A DNA stretch of 64,000 bases, from NCBI RefSeq assembly GCF_041248615.1, contig NZ_CP158426.1. One strand, written 5' to 3'. Made by a program: the position numbers and the translations under genes. The stretch is from Escherichia coli (lineage in GTDB: Bacteria; Pseudomonadota; Gammaproteobacteria; Enterobacterales; Enterobacteriaceae). Below are positions 44,666 through 55,410 of this stretch, piece after piece. The notes under the pieces were generated by a model. That model did not search any database. It was given only the letters and a program-made list of their open reading frames with translations, and was not told where the DNA came from. Numbering within the stretch: the first letter of the stretch is position 1; each line of letters opens with the position of its first letter.

Positions 44666-44959
44666 TTTGTGATCTGCCTCTAATTCGGAAATGACAGAAT
44701 TTTCATGAGCAAAAAAGCCCATTCTGTCTGGCATTAAATCCATTTCAGTAATGTATATCAGTCACTCATGGAAAAACGTGCACAAAACCCGCTTTCTTTC
44801 GCTTTTAGGGTCTCTTACTGTGAATTGGTAGAACAACTTCCATACAAAAATAATGGGAAAACGAACAATAAAGACTTTATTTATCAAAAAGTTAAAAGTG
44901 GTGTGACAACTCCATTCTGACGTTGCCGCACAAACCCTATACCATTCTGTGGAGTGCAT

Positions 44960-46261
44960 ATGAGTCAGGGTATCAATAACGATATGACTGCCAGTAAACC
45001 GCGCCATATCGTCAAAAATCTGCGTTGGTGGATACTGGTCCTTTTTTTGCTCGGTGTTACTGTCAACTACATCACGCGTAACTCGCTGGGTATTCTCGCC
45101 CCCGAACTGAAAAGCAACCTGGGGATTACCACCGAACAATATTCCTGGATTGTAGGTGCTTTCCAGCTCGCCTATACCCTATTCCAACCGTTGTGTGGAT
45201 GGCTGATTGACGTCATTGGCCTCAAACTGGGCTTTATGATCTGCGCGGGACTGTGGGCGCTGGCCTGTCTGATGCATGCGGGGGCGGGAAACTGGGTACA
45301 TCTGGCGCTGTTGCGCTTCTTTATGGGCGGTGCGGAAGCCGCGGCACCCCCAGCAAACGCCAAAACCATCGGTGAATGGTTTCCAAAATCAGAACGCCCG
45401 ATCGCCGCAGGCTGGGCAGGCGTCGGTTTTTCCATCGGTGCCATGCTGGCCCCACCGATTATCTATTTTGCCCACGCTTCATTCGGCTGGCAGGGTGCAT
45501 TTATGTTCACTGGCATCCTGGCGATGCTGTGGGTGGTGCTGTGGTGGGCGTTCTATCACAACCCGGATAAGCATCCTAACCTCAGCAAAGCCGAGCTGGA
45601 CTTTATCCGCCAGGATAACGAAGCGCCCCCTGTCAAGTTACCCTTTCTGACCGCACTGAAAACCGTAGGTAAAAATAAACGCTTTTACGGTATCGCTATC
45701 CCGGCCTTTATGGCAGAACCGGCGTGGGCGGTGATGAGTTTCTGGGTTCCGCTATACCTGTCCAAAACCTATGGCATGGACCTGAAGCAGATCGCATTAT
45801 TCGCCTGGTTGCCGTTCCTCGCCGCTGATCTTGGCAGTATTGCCAGCGGCTATCTGACCAAACTTTACACCCGCCTGTTTGGGCTGAGTCGTGTGAACTC
45901 CGTTGTCGCATCATCGGTCAGTGGCGCATTCCTGATGGTTTCGCTGGCGGTGATGGCCTTTACCAATAACCCGTATATCGCCATCGTCCTTATTTCCATC
46001 GGCGGCTTCGGTCACCAGATCATCTCCTGCATGCTGAGCGCACTGGTGGTGGAATCCTTCGACAAAGGTCAGATGGCCACTGTTAACGGCATGCGCGGTT
46101 CTGCCGCGTGGATCGCAAGTTTCCTGTTCTCCCTGATTATCGGGGTTACCGCTGACAAAATCGGCTTTAACCCCCTGTTTATCGCCATGGGCTTCTTTGA
46201 CCTGATTGGTGCTTTCTTCCTGGTCACCTTTATTGCTGAACGTCGCGCAAAACGCGCCTGA
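44960..46261 (+). CDS. MFS transporter of the anion:cation symporter type (ExuT/hexuronate-transporter-like)
   Basis: Twelve hydrophobic segments; blocks resembling the recalled ExuT sequence (FYGIAIPAFMAEPAW, IALFAWLPFLAADLG, TNNPYIAIVLISIGGFGHQ); GGAG RBS before ATG at 44960. Confidence 0.7.
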   Translation: MSQGINNDMTASKPRHIVKNLRWWILVLFLLGVTVNYITRNSLGILAPELKSNLGITTEQYSWIVGAFQLAYTLFQPLCGWLIDVIGLKLGFMICAGLWALACLMHAGAGNWVHLALLRFFMGGAEAAAPPANAKTIGEWFPKSERPIAAGWAGVGFSIGAMLAPPIIYFAHASFGWQGAFMFTGILAMLWVVLWWAFYHNPDKHPNLSKAELDFIRQDNEAPPVKLPFLTALKTVGKNKRFYGIAIPAFMAEPAWAVMSFWVPLYLSKTYGMDLKQIALFAWLPFLAADLGSIASGYLTKLYTRLFGLSRVNSVVASSVSGAFLMVSLAVMAFTNNPYIAIVLISIGGFGHQIISCMLSALVVESFDKGQMATVNGMRGSAAWIASFLFSLIIGVTADKIGFNPLFIAMGFFDLIGAFFLVTFIAERRAKRA

Positions 46262-46275
46262 GAGTGGATGTAAAC

Positions 46276-48639
46276 ATGAAAACGCTGAAAAACTGGACCC
46301 TGCACAAACAGTCTGCCCACCACGTTGAACTGCTGGTCGATGGCCAGCATATCCTGTGCCTGTACGTGCTGGAAGAAAATCTGTTCCGCGTGCTGTTAAA
46401 ACGCAAAGGCGAGCTGGCGCTGGATCGCACCTGGAGTATTGCTCCGGCGCAGGATGTGCCATGGGAAGGGCGCAGCCGCGAAGATCTCAGCGGCTTTAGC
46501 CTGCCCGCGTGGACATTGATCCAGCACGACGACACCGTGGTTATCGCCACCGAGTCACTGCGTGCAACCGTTCACCAGCCGCTGTGGCTGGAGTGGCACT
46601 ATCGTAACAACGAAGGCGAATGGCTGCCGTTGGTGAATGACCGCCCGACCAGCGCTTATCTGCTGAATGCCCACGGCGATGGCGTGGCACACTATCAGAG
46701 CCGTCGTAAAGATGAACGCTTTTATGGCCTCGGAGATAAAGCCGGCGACCTGCAACGCAACGGTAAACGTTACGAGATGCGTAACCTCGACGCGATGGGC
46801 TACAACGCCGTTAGTACTGACCCGCTGTACAAACACATTCCATTCACCATCACCCGCCGCGATGACATTAGCTTCGGCCTGTTTTATGACAACCTCAGCA
46901 GCTGCTGGCTGGATCTGGGCAACGAGATCGACAACTACCACACCGCCTATCGCCGCTGGCAGGCGGAAGCGGGTGATATCGACTACTACCTGTTTACCGG
47001 CGAACGCGTACTTGATATCACCAAATCCTTCGTACGCCTGACCGGAAAAACCCTGTTCGGACCGAAATGGAGCCTGGGCTACAGCGGTTCAACTATGCAC
47101 TACACCGATGCGCCGGACGCACAAAATCAGTTGATGAACTTTATCCGCCTGTGTGAAGAACATGCAATTCCCTGCGATTCGTTCCAGCTCTCTTCCGGTT
47201 ATACCTCAATTAACGGCAAACGCTATGTGTTCAACTGGAACTACGAAAAAGTGCCGCAGCCGAAAGTGATGAGCCAGGCATTTCACAATGCTGGTTTGCA
47301 CCTGGCCGCCAATATCAAGCCGTGCCTGTTGCAGGATCACCCACGCTATAACGAAGTGGCAGAAAGAGGACTGTTCATCCGTGATTCAGAAACAGATGAA
47401 CCAGAACGTTCCAGCTTCTGGGATGACGAAGGTTCTAACCTCGACTTTACTAATCCGCAGACCATCCAGTGGTGGCAGGAAGGCGTGACCACACAGCTTC
47501 TGGAGATGGGTATCGACTCCACCTGGAACGACAACAACGAATTCGAAGTATGGGACGGTGAAGCACGCTGTCACGGCTTTGGTCAGACGATCGCGATCAA
47601 ACATATTCGCCCAGTGATGCCACTGCTGATGATGCGAGCCTCGATGGAAGCCCAGCAGCGTTTCGCTCCGGAAAAACGTCCGTACTTGATCTCCCGCTCC
47701 GGCTGCGCGGGAATGCAGCGCTACGTGCAGACCTGGAGTGGCGATAACCGCACTAGCTGGGACACTCTACGCTACAACACCCGCATGGGTCTGGGGATGA
47801 GCCTCTCCGGGCTGTATAACCTCGGTCACGACGTCGGCGGTTTCTCCGGTGATAAGCCGGACCCGGAACTGTTTGTACGCTGGGTACAAAACGGCGTGAT
47901 GCATCCGCGCTTTACGATTCACTCATGGAACGATGACCATACCGTAAACGAACCGTGGATGTATCCGGGCGTCACTCCGGCGATCCGCAGCGCTATTGAG
48001 TTGCGCTATCGCCTGCTGCCCTACTTTTATACCCTGATGTGGCAGGCATACGCCGATGATGAACCAATGCTACGTCCGACTTTCCTTGACCACGAGCACG
48101 ACGTTCAGACTTTTGAAGAGTGTGATGACTTCCTGCTTGGTCGCGATATTTTGGTTGCCAGCGTCGTAGAGCAAGGCGAGCGCCAGCGCCGTGTATGGCT
48201 GCCAGATAACGAAACTGGCTGGTACGATTTCTACAACGGCGAATGGTTCAGTGGCGGTCAGTGGATCACCCTCGACGCACCGCTGGAGAAACTGCCGCTG
48301 ATGGTGCGTGCCGGGGCTGGTCTACCGCTCAGCAAACGCATCACCTATGTGAGCGCAGAACAAGACGATACCCGCGAACTGAAACTGTTCCCGCTGAAAG
48401 GTGTGGGCACAACGTCCGGCCTGCTGTTTGAAGACGATGGCGAAAGCTGGGGCTACCAAACTGGTAATGCGCTTTGGGTGGAATGGGAAATGGTTTGCGA
48501 TGGGGCGACCATCAACCTGAAAGTCAACGCGCGCGGGGATTATCGACCTGCATGGAGTGCACTGAAAGTGTCATTACCAGTGGAAGAAAAACGCACGCTG
48601 CTGGTCAATGGTGTTGAAGGGAGTGAATGGATGCGTTAA
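46276..48639 (+). CDS. Glycoside hydrolase family 31 enzyme (alpha-glucosidase/alpha-xylosidase-like), substrate unknown
   Basis: About 790 aa with GH31-type nucleophile region (IDSTWNDNNEFEV) and acid/base region (LGHDVGGF); begins 15 nt after the transporter stop, so probably cotranscribed. Confidence 0.7.
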   Translation: MKTLKNWTLHKQSAHHVELLVDGQHILCLYVLEENLFRVLLKRKGELALDRTWSIAPAQDVPWEGRSREDLSGFSLPAWTLIQHDDTVVIATESLRATVHQPLWLEWHYRNNEGEWLPLVNDRPTSAYLLNAHGDGVAHYQSRRKDERFYGLGDKAGDLQRNGKRYEMRNLDAMGYNAVSTDPLYKHIPFTITRRDDISFGLFYDNLSSCWLDLGNEIDNYHTAYRRWQAEAGDIDYYLFTGERVLDITKSFVRLTGKTLFGPKWSLGYSGSTMHYTDAPDAQNQLMNFIRLCEEHAIPCDSFQLSSGYTSINGKRYVFNWNYEKVPQPKVMSQAFHNAGLHLAANIKPCLLQDHPRYNEVAERGLFIRDSETDEPERSSFWDDEGSNLDFTNPQTIQWWQEGVTTQLLEMGIDSTWNDNNEFEVWDGEARCHGFGQTIAIKHIRPVMPLLMMRASMEAQQRFAPEKRPYLISRSGCAGMQRYVQTWSGDNRTSWDTLRYNTRMGLGMSLSGLYNLGHDVGGFSGDKPDPELFVRWVQNGVMHPRFTIHSWNDDHTVNEPWMYPGVTPAIRSAIELRYRLLPYFYTLMWQAYADDEPMLRPTFLDHEHDVQTFEECDDFLLGRDILVASVVEQGERQRRVWLPDNETGWYDFYNGEWFSGGQWITLDAPLEKLPLMVRAGAGLPLSKRITYVSAEQDDTRELKLFPLKGVGTTSGLLFEDDGESWGYQTGNALWVEWEMVCDGATINLKVNARGDYRPAWSALKVSLPVEEKRTLLVNGVEGSEWMR

Positions 48640-48818
48640 ATCATTACCGGGGCCGGGAGGCGACTGCGCCTTACCCGGTCCAGCCATCGAATCCTTTACC
48701 TCAGTATTTCACGCTGCAGGAAGGCAGCAAACCTGTAAACCCCGGGAGCTTAAATAAGTAAGTGACCGGGGTGAACAGGTGAAGCCAATGCATCTGCCGC
48801 ATGAAAGACGGCGGGAAA

Positions 48819-50414
48819 TTAACCGTCGATCCCTTTACTACGCAGGTAATCTTCGTAATTACCGCTAAAGTCGATCACGCGTTCCGGGGTGATTTCCAGA
48901 ATGCGGGTCGCCAGGGAGCTTACGAACTCACGGTCGTGTGAAACAAAGATCAGCGTGCCCTGATACAGTTCCAGCGCCATGTTCAGCGACTCAATAGATT
49001 CCATATCCAGGTGGTTGGTCGGTTCGTCCATGATCAGAATGTTCGGCTTCTGCATCATTAACTTACCAAACAGCATCCGCCCTTTTTCTCCACCGGAAAG
49101 CACTTTCGCTGGCTTTTTGATGTCGTCCTGGCTGAACAGCAAACGACCGAGAATGCTGCGTACCGCCTGCTCATCATCGCCTTCCTGCTTCCACTGACTC
49201 ATCCATTCGAACACGGTAAGATCATTTTCAAACTCATATTCGTGGTCCTGGGCGTAGTAACCAATGCGTGCGTTTTCAGACCATTTTACGGTGCCGCTGT
49301 CCGGTTGCAGATCGCCCACCAGCGTTTTCAGCAGCGTTGATTTACCGACGCCGTTGGTACCCAGTACCGCCAGTTTTTCACCCACTTCCAGCAGCAGGTT
49401 GAGATTTTTAAACAGTGGACCGTTATCAAACCCTTTGGTCAGACCTTCCACTTCCAGCGCGTTACGGAACAGTTTCTTATCCTGCTCAAAACGGATGAAC
49501 GGGTTCTGACGGCTGGAGGCTTTCACCTCTTCCAGTTTGATTTTATCAATCTGGCGCGCGCGCGAAGTTGCCTGGCGAGATTTCGAGGCGTTGGCGCTAA
49601 AGCGGCTAACGAAAGATTGCAGCTCAGCAATCTGCGCCTTCTTCTTGGCGTTATCAGCCAGCAGACGTTCACGCGCCTGGGTCGCCGCCGTCATGTACTC
49701 ATCGTAGTTGCCCGGATAAACGCGCAGCTCGCCGTAATCCAGATCCGCCATGTGGGTACAAACCATGTTAAGGAAGTGACGGTCGTGCGAGATGATGATC
49801 ATGGTGCTGTCACGCTCGTTCAGCACCTGTTCCAGCCAGCGAATGGTGTCGATGTCGAGGTTGTTGGTCGGTTCGTCGAGCAGGAGAATGTCCGGATCAG
49901 CAAACAGCGCCTGCGCCAGCAGCACACGCAGCTTCCAGCCAGGAGCAACTTCACTCATCGGGCCGTAGTGCTGTTCCACTGGAATTCCCACGCCAAGCAA
50001 CAGTTCACCGGCGCGAGCTTCCGCAGAGTAACCGTCCATTTCGCCGTATTTCACTTCCAGATCGGCCACTTTATAGCCGTCTTCTTCACTCATTTCCGGC
50101 AAAGCATAGATGCGGTCACGCTCCTGCTTCACTTCCCACAACTCTTTATGCCCCATGATCACCGTATCCAGCACAGTGAACTCTTCAAAGGCAAACTGAT
50201 CCTGACGCAGCTTACCAATGCGCTCGTTGGGATCGAGGGAAACGTTACCCAACGTCGGCTCTAAGTCGCCGCCGAGGATCTTCATAAAGGTGGATTTACC
50301 ACTACCGTTCGCGCCAATCAGGCCGTAACGGTTGCCGCCGCCAAATTTGACGGAAATGTTTTCAAACAACGGCTTACTGCCGAACTGCATGGTGACGTTA
50401 CTGGAAACTAACAC
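48819..50414 (-). CDS. ybiT: ABC-F family ATPase YbiT
   Basis: Two ABC cassettes (GANGSGKS and GTNGVGKS); about 530 aa; synteny. Confidence 0.9.
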   Translation of the reverse strand: MLVSSNVTMQFGSKPLFENISVKFGGGNRYGLIGANGSGKSTFMKILGGDLEPTLGNVSLDPNERIGKLRQDQFAFEEFTVLDTVIMGHKELWEVKQERDRIYALPEMSEEDGYKVADLEVKYGEMDGYSAEARAGELLLGVGIPVEQHYGPMSEVAPGWKLRVLLAQALFADPDILLLDEPTNNLDIDTIRWLEQVLNERDSTMIIISHDRHFLNMVCTHMADLDYGELRVYPGNYDEYMTAATQARERLLADNAKKKAQIAELQSFVSRFSANASKSRQATSRARQIDKIKLEEVKASSRQNPFIRFEQDKKLFRNALEVEGLTKGFDNGPLFKNLNLLLEVGEKLAVLGTNGVGKSTLLKTLVGDLQPDSGTVKWSENARIGYYAQDHEYEFENDLTVFEWMSQWKQEGDDEQAVRSILGRLLFSQDDIKKPAKVLSGGEKGRMLFGKLMMQKPNILIMDEPTNHLDMESIESLNMALELYQGTLIFVSHDREFVSSLATRILEITPERVIDFSGNYEDYLRSKGIDG

Positions 50415-50632
50415 AGGCGTATCCTGAAAAGAGATATGACAAACCGCGCATTATGCCATAAGTCTGAAAGAAGATCCTGCTCCTCGCTTAAGGTCTACAC
50501 TCAAGCCAAAGGCAAAAAATGTGATTTCGTACACATCTGATTTCACTGTGAGCAGGAATGAACTTATAATGCGCTTCCAATACTCTAATATTCTCAACCC
50601 AATGGCCTGCCAGGCACAAAATCTCGCTTAAC

Positions 50633-51553
50633 ATGAATATGAAATTGAAAACATTATTCGCAGCGGCCTTCGCTGTTGTCGGCTTTTGCAGTACCGCCTC
50701 TGCGGTAACTTATCCTCTGCCAACCGACGGGAGTCGCCTGGTTGGTCAGAATCAGGTGATCACCATTCCTGAAGGTAACACTCAGCCGCTGGAGTATTTT
50801 GCCGCCGAGTACCAGATGGGGCTTTCCAATATGATGGAAGCGAACCCCGGTGTGGATACCTTCCTGCCGAAAGGCGGTACTGTACTGAACATTCCGCAGC
50901 AGCTGATCCTGCCGGATACCGTTCATGAAGGCATCGTCATTAACAGTGCAGAGATGCGTCTGTATTACTATCCGAAAGGAACCAACACCGTTATCGTGCT
51001 GCCGATCGGCATTGGTCAGTTAGGCAAAGACACGCCTATCAACTGGACCACCAAAGTTGAGCGTAAGAAAGCAGGCCCGACCTGGACGCCAACCGCTAAA
51101 ATGCACGCAGAGTACCGCGCTGCGGGCGAACCGCTTCCGGCTGTCGTTCCGGCAGGTCCGGATAACCCGATGGGTCTGTATGCACTCTACATCGGTCGCC
51201 TGTACGCTATCCATGGCACCAACGCCAACTTCGGTATCGGCCTGCGTGTAAGTCATGGCTGTGTGCGTCTGCGTAACGAAGACATTAAATTCCTGTTCGA
51301 GAAAGTGCCGGTCGGTACTCGTGTACAGTTTATTGATGAGCCGGTAAAAGCGACCACCGAGCCAGACGGCAGCCGTTATATTGAAGTCCATAACCCGCTG
51401 TCTACCACCGAAGCCCAGTTTGAAGGTCAGGAAATTGTGCCAATTACCCTGACGAAGAGCGTGCAGACAGTGACCGGTCAGCCAGATGTTGACCAGGTTG
51501 TTCTTGATGAAGCGATCAAAAATCGTTCCGGGATGCCGGTTCGTCTGAATTAA
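50633..51553 (+). CDS. ldtB: L,D-transpeptidase LdtB (YbiS)
   Basis: 306 aa, signal peptide, YkuD-domain catalytic SHGCVRL. Confidence 0.9.
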
Positions 51554-51570
51554 TCGTCAAAACGTAAAAC

Positions 51571-51598
51571 AAAGGCGGACTCATCATCCGCCTTTTTT
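51571..51598. terminator. Hairpin plus T-run between convergent ldtB and ybiR
   Basis: GGCGGA-loop-TCCGCC followed by TTTTTT. Confidence 0.5.
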
Positions 51599-51610
51599 AT
51601 TTGCCAGACC

Positions 51611-52729
51611 CTAGTTGGCTGGGAGTATAACCAACAAAACATATCCCACCAGCGCCGCCCACAACAGCATCGGTATTGAATAGAGATGGAAACGCCACCA
51701 GATACGGCGATCGTTCGCCATCCTTAACGCAATCAAATTTGCCAGCGATCCGGGTAATAAACCAAAGCCCCCCACGTTTACCGCCCATGCCAGCAGCAAC
51801 GACGGCGGCACATAGTTCAGCAACAATATGGTACTCGGCACGTTACTGATCACCTGCGATAAACCGATTGCCGTTAACCATAACCCGGGTTCGGATAAAT
51901 GACTCACGTTACTTAACACCCCCTGCAAAGCTGGCAGTTGGGTTAGTAAATGGACGTCGATAAACATCGCCATAAATACCAGCAGCAGCGTCCAGTCCAC
52001 ACTAAGCACCACGCGACGTGCCAGCAGCGCAAAGCCCACCGCCACAATCACCAGTCCCCACAGCTCTTGTTTTAACTCCAGCGCCATCAGAAAGACGATA
52101 TACAGCCCCAGACAACTCCACACCAGCCGCGGTTTCCACTCCGGCGTTTGCACCCCCGTATGGTATTGCAGCGCCTTTCCAGGGAAACAACACCAGCACA
52201 GGAGCAGGAGCGTCAGCATCATTGCGCCAGCCAGCGGTGCCATTTGGACAATAAATCCGGCAAACGAAAGACCAGAACGTCCCCAGATAAGAATATTTTG
52301 CGGGTTGCCAATTGGCGTCAGTAGCGAACCAGCGTTGACTGCCAGCGCCTCAAAAATAATCAGCCGATTAACCGGGATCTCACACAGTCTTTTTAGCGTG
52401 ATAGTCAGCGGAACAACTATAAACAGCGCGACATCGTTGGTCAGAAAGGTAGAAAGCAGCGCCGCCGCCAGCACCATAAACATCGCCAGCCGTCGCTCCG
52501 TAGCAAAGCGGCGCACCATTTTGCGCCCCAGCACATCAAAATAACCGCTTAACTCCACACCTTTGGTCAGCAGCATCAGGCCGCTTAAGGTGATGATGGT
52601 GTGCCAGTCGATAGCAGCAGGCCAGGATTTCGGTGCAAAGGGAACGAAAAAACTTAATCCGATGCCAACAAGAATTAATAACTGAAAAAAACGATCGCCT
52701 TGCAGCGTGCGTAAAAAAGGCAGGCTCAT
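51611..52729 (-). CDS. ybiR: Inner-membrane transporter YbiR (ArsB/NhaD-type permease)
   Basis: 372 aa polytopic protein; overlaps the mntR stop; synteny. Confidence 0.85.
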
Positions 52730-53193
52730 TTGGCACCGTGTTTCTGGGTAAACAAACGAAAGGCATCCAGCGTCTCTTCACTAACATGGTGCTCCATGCC
52801 TTCCGCGTCGCGACGGGCGATTTCCGGACTGACGCCCAACACCAACAAGAAATTTTCGACTATCTGATGTCGCTCGCGGCTTTCCTGCGCCAGTTTCTCT
52901 CCTTCTGCCGTTAAAAACACGCCACGCCAGGGGATCATTTCAATCAGCCCCATGGTTGCCAGCCGCTTAAGCATTTTCGCCACCGTCGGTTGCGAAACCC
53001 CCAGACGAGCAGCCATGTCTACCTGACGAGCTTCCCCCACTTCCCTGATCAAGTCAGAAATCAGCTCAACGTAATCATCAATAAGCTCGCGCCGATGCGC
53101 CTCTCTGACCTGGCGGAACCCTTCAACGTGCTCTTCCACGTTCACTAACTGAGTCACTTTTTTTGCTGTTGGCGTACCTGCGCGACGACTCAT
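52726..53193 (-). CDS. mntR: Manganese-responsive regulator MntR (DtxR family)
   Basis: 155 aa; synteny. Confidence 0.9.
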
Positions 53194-53284
53194 TGTGCTT
53201 CCTCATTATGGTGACGCATACATAGCGTTCTCATTTCGTGCGCACATTGTAAACCAGAGTTGCGAAGGTACAAAAAATTAACGT

Positions 53285-53320
53285 TTTAGCAATAGCTATA
53301 TAATATAGCCTGTGCTATAT
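53285..53320. promoter_or_regulatory. Putative MntR operators upstream of mntS (ATAGC/GCTAT-type palindromes)
   Basis: TAGCAATAGCTA (53287-53298) and ATAGCCTGTGCTAT (53305-53318) read directly; MntR repression of mntS is established knowledge. Confidence 0.45.
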
Positions 53321-53378
53321 CTGTATGTAATGCAATCATCCCTCAAGGATCGACGGGATTAGCAAGTCAGGAGGTCTT

Positions 53379-53507
53379 ATGAATGAGTTCAAGAGGTGTA
53401 TGCGCGTGTTTAGTCATTCTCCCTTTAAAGTACGGTTAATGCTGCTCTCTATGTTGTGCGATATGGTCAACAACAAACCGCAGCAAGATAAACCTTCCGA
53501 TAAATAG
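53379..53507 (+). CDS. mntS: Small protein MntS (42 aa; formerly the rybA locus)
   Basis: AGGAGG RBS then ATG; translation MNEFKRCMRVFSHSPFKVRLMLLSMLCDMVNNKPQQDKPSDK matches recalled MntS; below the ORF-track size cut-off. Confidence 0.85.
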   Translation: MNEFKRCMRVFSHSPFKVRLMLLSMLCDMVNNKPQQDKPSDK

Positions 53508-53778
53508 CGGCGTCGCGGTACGCCGCTTCACTCCTGCTTTTATGCAGGCACAACGCGTTTTGCCCTGAAAAACCCCACTTTTTGTCGGATTTGCAATCCC
53601 CTTCGCAAAAGATTTGTTCGTCAGTAGTTGACCTGAACGGCAGCTCGCTCTATCTTCTTGCAGCCCTGCGTATATTGCGGCTCGCGGATGCGGACCCCTT
53701 TCCCCTCTTCACGCACTCTTGCAGGTATTGACCCTTGACGCCAGGGTAAGCACATGGCGTTTGTTACGATAGTGGCAT

Positions 53779-55362
53779 ATGAATTTAACCCTCAAAGAAT
53801 CGCTTGTTACCCGTAGCCGGGTATTTAGCCCGTGGACTGCGTTCTACTTTTTACAGTCGCTATTAATTAACCTCGGCTTAGGTTACCCCTTCAGTTTGCT
53901 CTACACCGCCGCATTTACGGCTATTTTGCTTTTGCTATGGCGAACATTGCCTGGCGTACAAAAAGTTCTGGTCGGTATCAGTTCGCTGGTGGCGGCTTGT
54001 TATTTCCCTTTTGCTCAGGCCTACGGCGCGCCTAACTTCAATACATTGCTGGCATTGCACTCCACCAATATGGAAGAGTCGACCGAAATCCTGACGATTT
54101 TTCCGTGGTACAGCTACCTGGTCGGCTTATTTATTTTTGCGCTCGGCGTAATAGCAATCCGGCGAAAAAAAGAGAGTGAAAAAGCGCGCTGGAATACCTT
54201 CGATAGCCTGTGTCTGGTATTCAGTGTGGCGACATTTTTTGTTGCTCCCGTGCAAAACCTGGCCTGGGGCGGCGTATTTAAACTGAAAGATACTGGCTAT
54301 CCGGTATTTCGTTTTGCTAAGGATGTCATCGTCAATAATAACGAGGTGATTGAAGAGCAAGAACGGATGGCAAAACTTTCCGGAATGAAAGATACCTGGA
54401 CGGTCACTGCCGTTAAGCCGAAGTATCAGACCTATGTGGTGGTGATCGGTGAAAGCGCGCGTCGCGATGCCCTCGGTGCCTTTGGCGGTCACTGGGACAA
54501 TACCCCGTTTGCCAGCAGCGTTAACGGTTTGATATTTGCTGACTACATTGCCGCCAGTGGCTCCACGCAGAAATCGCTTGGCTTAACGCTCAATCGCGTA
54601 GTCGATGGCAAACCACAGTTTCAGGATAACTTTGTCACCCTGGCAAATCGCGCGGGCTTCCAGACCTGGTGGTTTTCCAACCAGGGCCAAATCGGCGAAT
54701 ACGATACCGCCATCGCCAGCATCGCCAAACGAGCAGATGAAGTGTACTTCCTGAAAGAAGGTAATTTTGAAGCAGATAAAAACACGAAAGACGAAGCGTT
54801 ACTGGATATGACCGCTCAAGTGCTGGCGCAAGAGCACTCGCAACCGCAGCTGATTGTTTTACATCTGATGGGCTCACATCCGCAGGCCTGCGACCGGACA
54901 CAAGGCAAATACGAAACCTTTGTGCAATCGAAAGAAACGTCGTGCTATCTCTATACCATGACGCAAACAGACGATTTACTGCGCAAGCTGTACGATCAGT
55001 TACGCAACAGCGGCAGCAGCTTCTCGCTGGTTTACTTTTCTGACCACGGTCTGGCCTTTAAAGAGCGTGGCAAAGACGTGCAATACCTTGCCCATGATGA
55101 TAAGTATCAGCAAAATTTCCAGGTGCCTTTTATGGTCATTTCGAGCGACGATAAAGCGCATCGGGTGATTAAAGCCCGCCGCTCTGCCAATGACTTCTTA
55201 GGCTTTTTCTCGCAGTGGACGGGAATTAAAGCGAAGGAAATTAACATCAAATACCCGTTTATATCTGAGAAGAAAGCCGGGCCGATATACATCACCAACT
55301 TCCAGTTACAGAAGGTGGATTACAACCATCTCGGAACCGATATTTTCGACCCGAAACCTTAA
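53779..55362 (+). CDS. ybiP: Putative phosphoethanolamine transferase YbiP (membrane sulfatase-family)
   Basis: 527 aa, N-terminal TM helices plus sulfatase-like domain; synteny. Confidence 0.85.
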   Translation: MNLTLKESLVTRSRVFSPWTAFYFLQSLLINLGLGYPFSLLYTAAFTAILLLLWRTLPGVQKVLVGISSLVAACYFPFAQAYGAPNFNTLLALHSTNMEESTEILTIFPWYSYLVGLFIFALGVIAIRRKKESEKARWNTFDSLCLVFSVATFFVAPVQNLAWGGVFKLKDTGYPVFRFAKDVIVNNNEVIEEQERMAKLSGMKDTWTVTAVKPKYQTYVVVIGESARRDALGAFGGHWDNTPFASSVNGLIFADYIAASGSTQKSLGLTLNRVVDGKPQFQDNFVTLANRAGFQTWWFSNQGQIGEYDTAIASIAKRADEVYFLKEGNFEADKNTKDEALLDMTAQVLAQEHSQPQLIVLHLMGSHPQACDRTQGKYETFVQSKETSCYLYTMTQTDDLLRKLYDQLRNSGSSFSLVYFSDHGLAFKERGKDVQYLAHDDKYQQNFQVPFMVISSDDKAHRVIKARRSANDFLGFFSQWTGIKAKEINIKYPFISEKKAGPIYITNFQLQKVDYNHLGTDIFDPKP

Positions 55363-55397
55363 AACAAAAAATCCGCCCCGAGAGGCGGATTTTTTAT
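55363..55397. terminator. Bidirectional rho-independent terminator between ybiP and ompX
   Basis: ATCCGCC-CCGAGA-GGCGGAT flanked by A-run and T-run. Confidence 0.65.
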
Positions 55398-55410
55398 ATC
55401 ACCGAAGTGA

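Noticed and set aside
48640-48818. 179-bp gap between the GH31 gene and ybiT as a possible sRNA or REP element
   Set aside because: Only weak, imperfect inverted repeats; no promoter plus terminator pair and no REP-like consensus.
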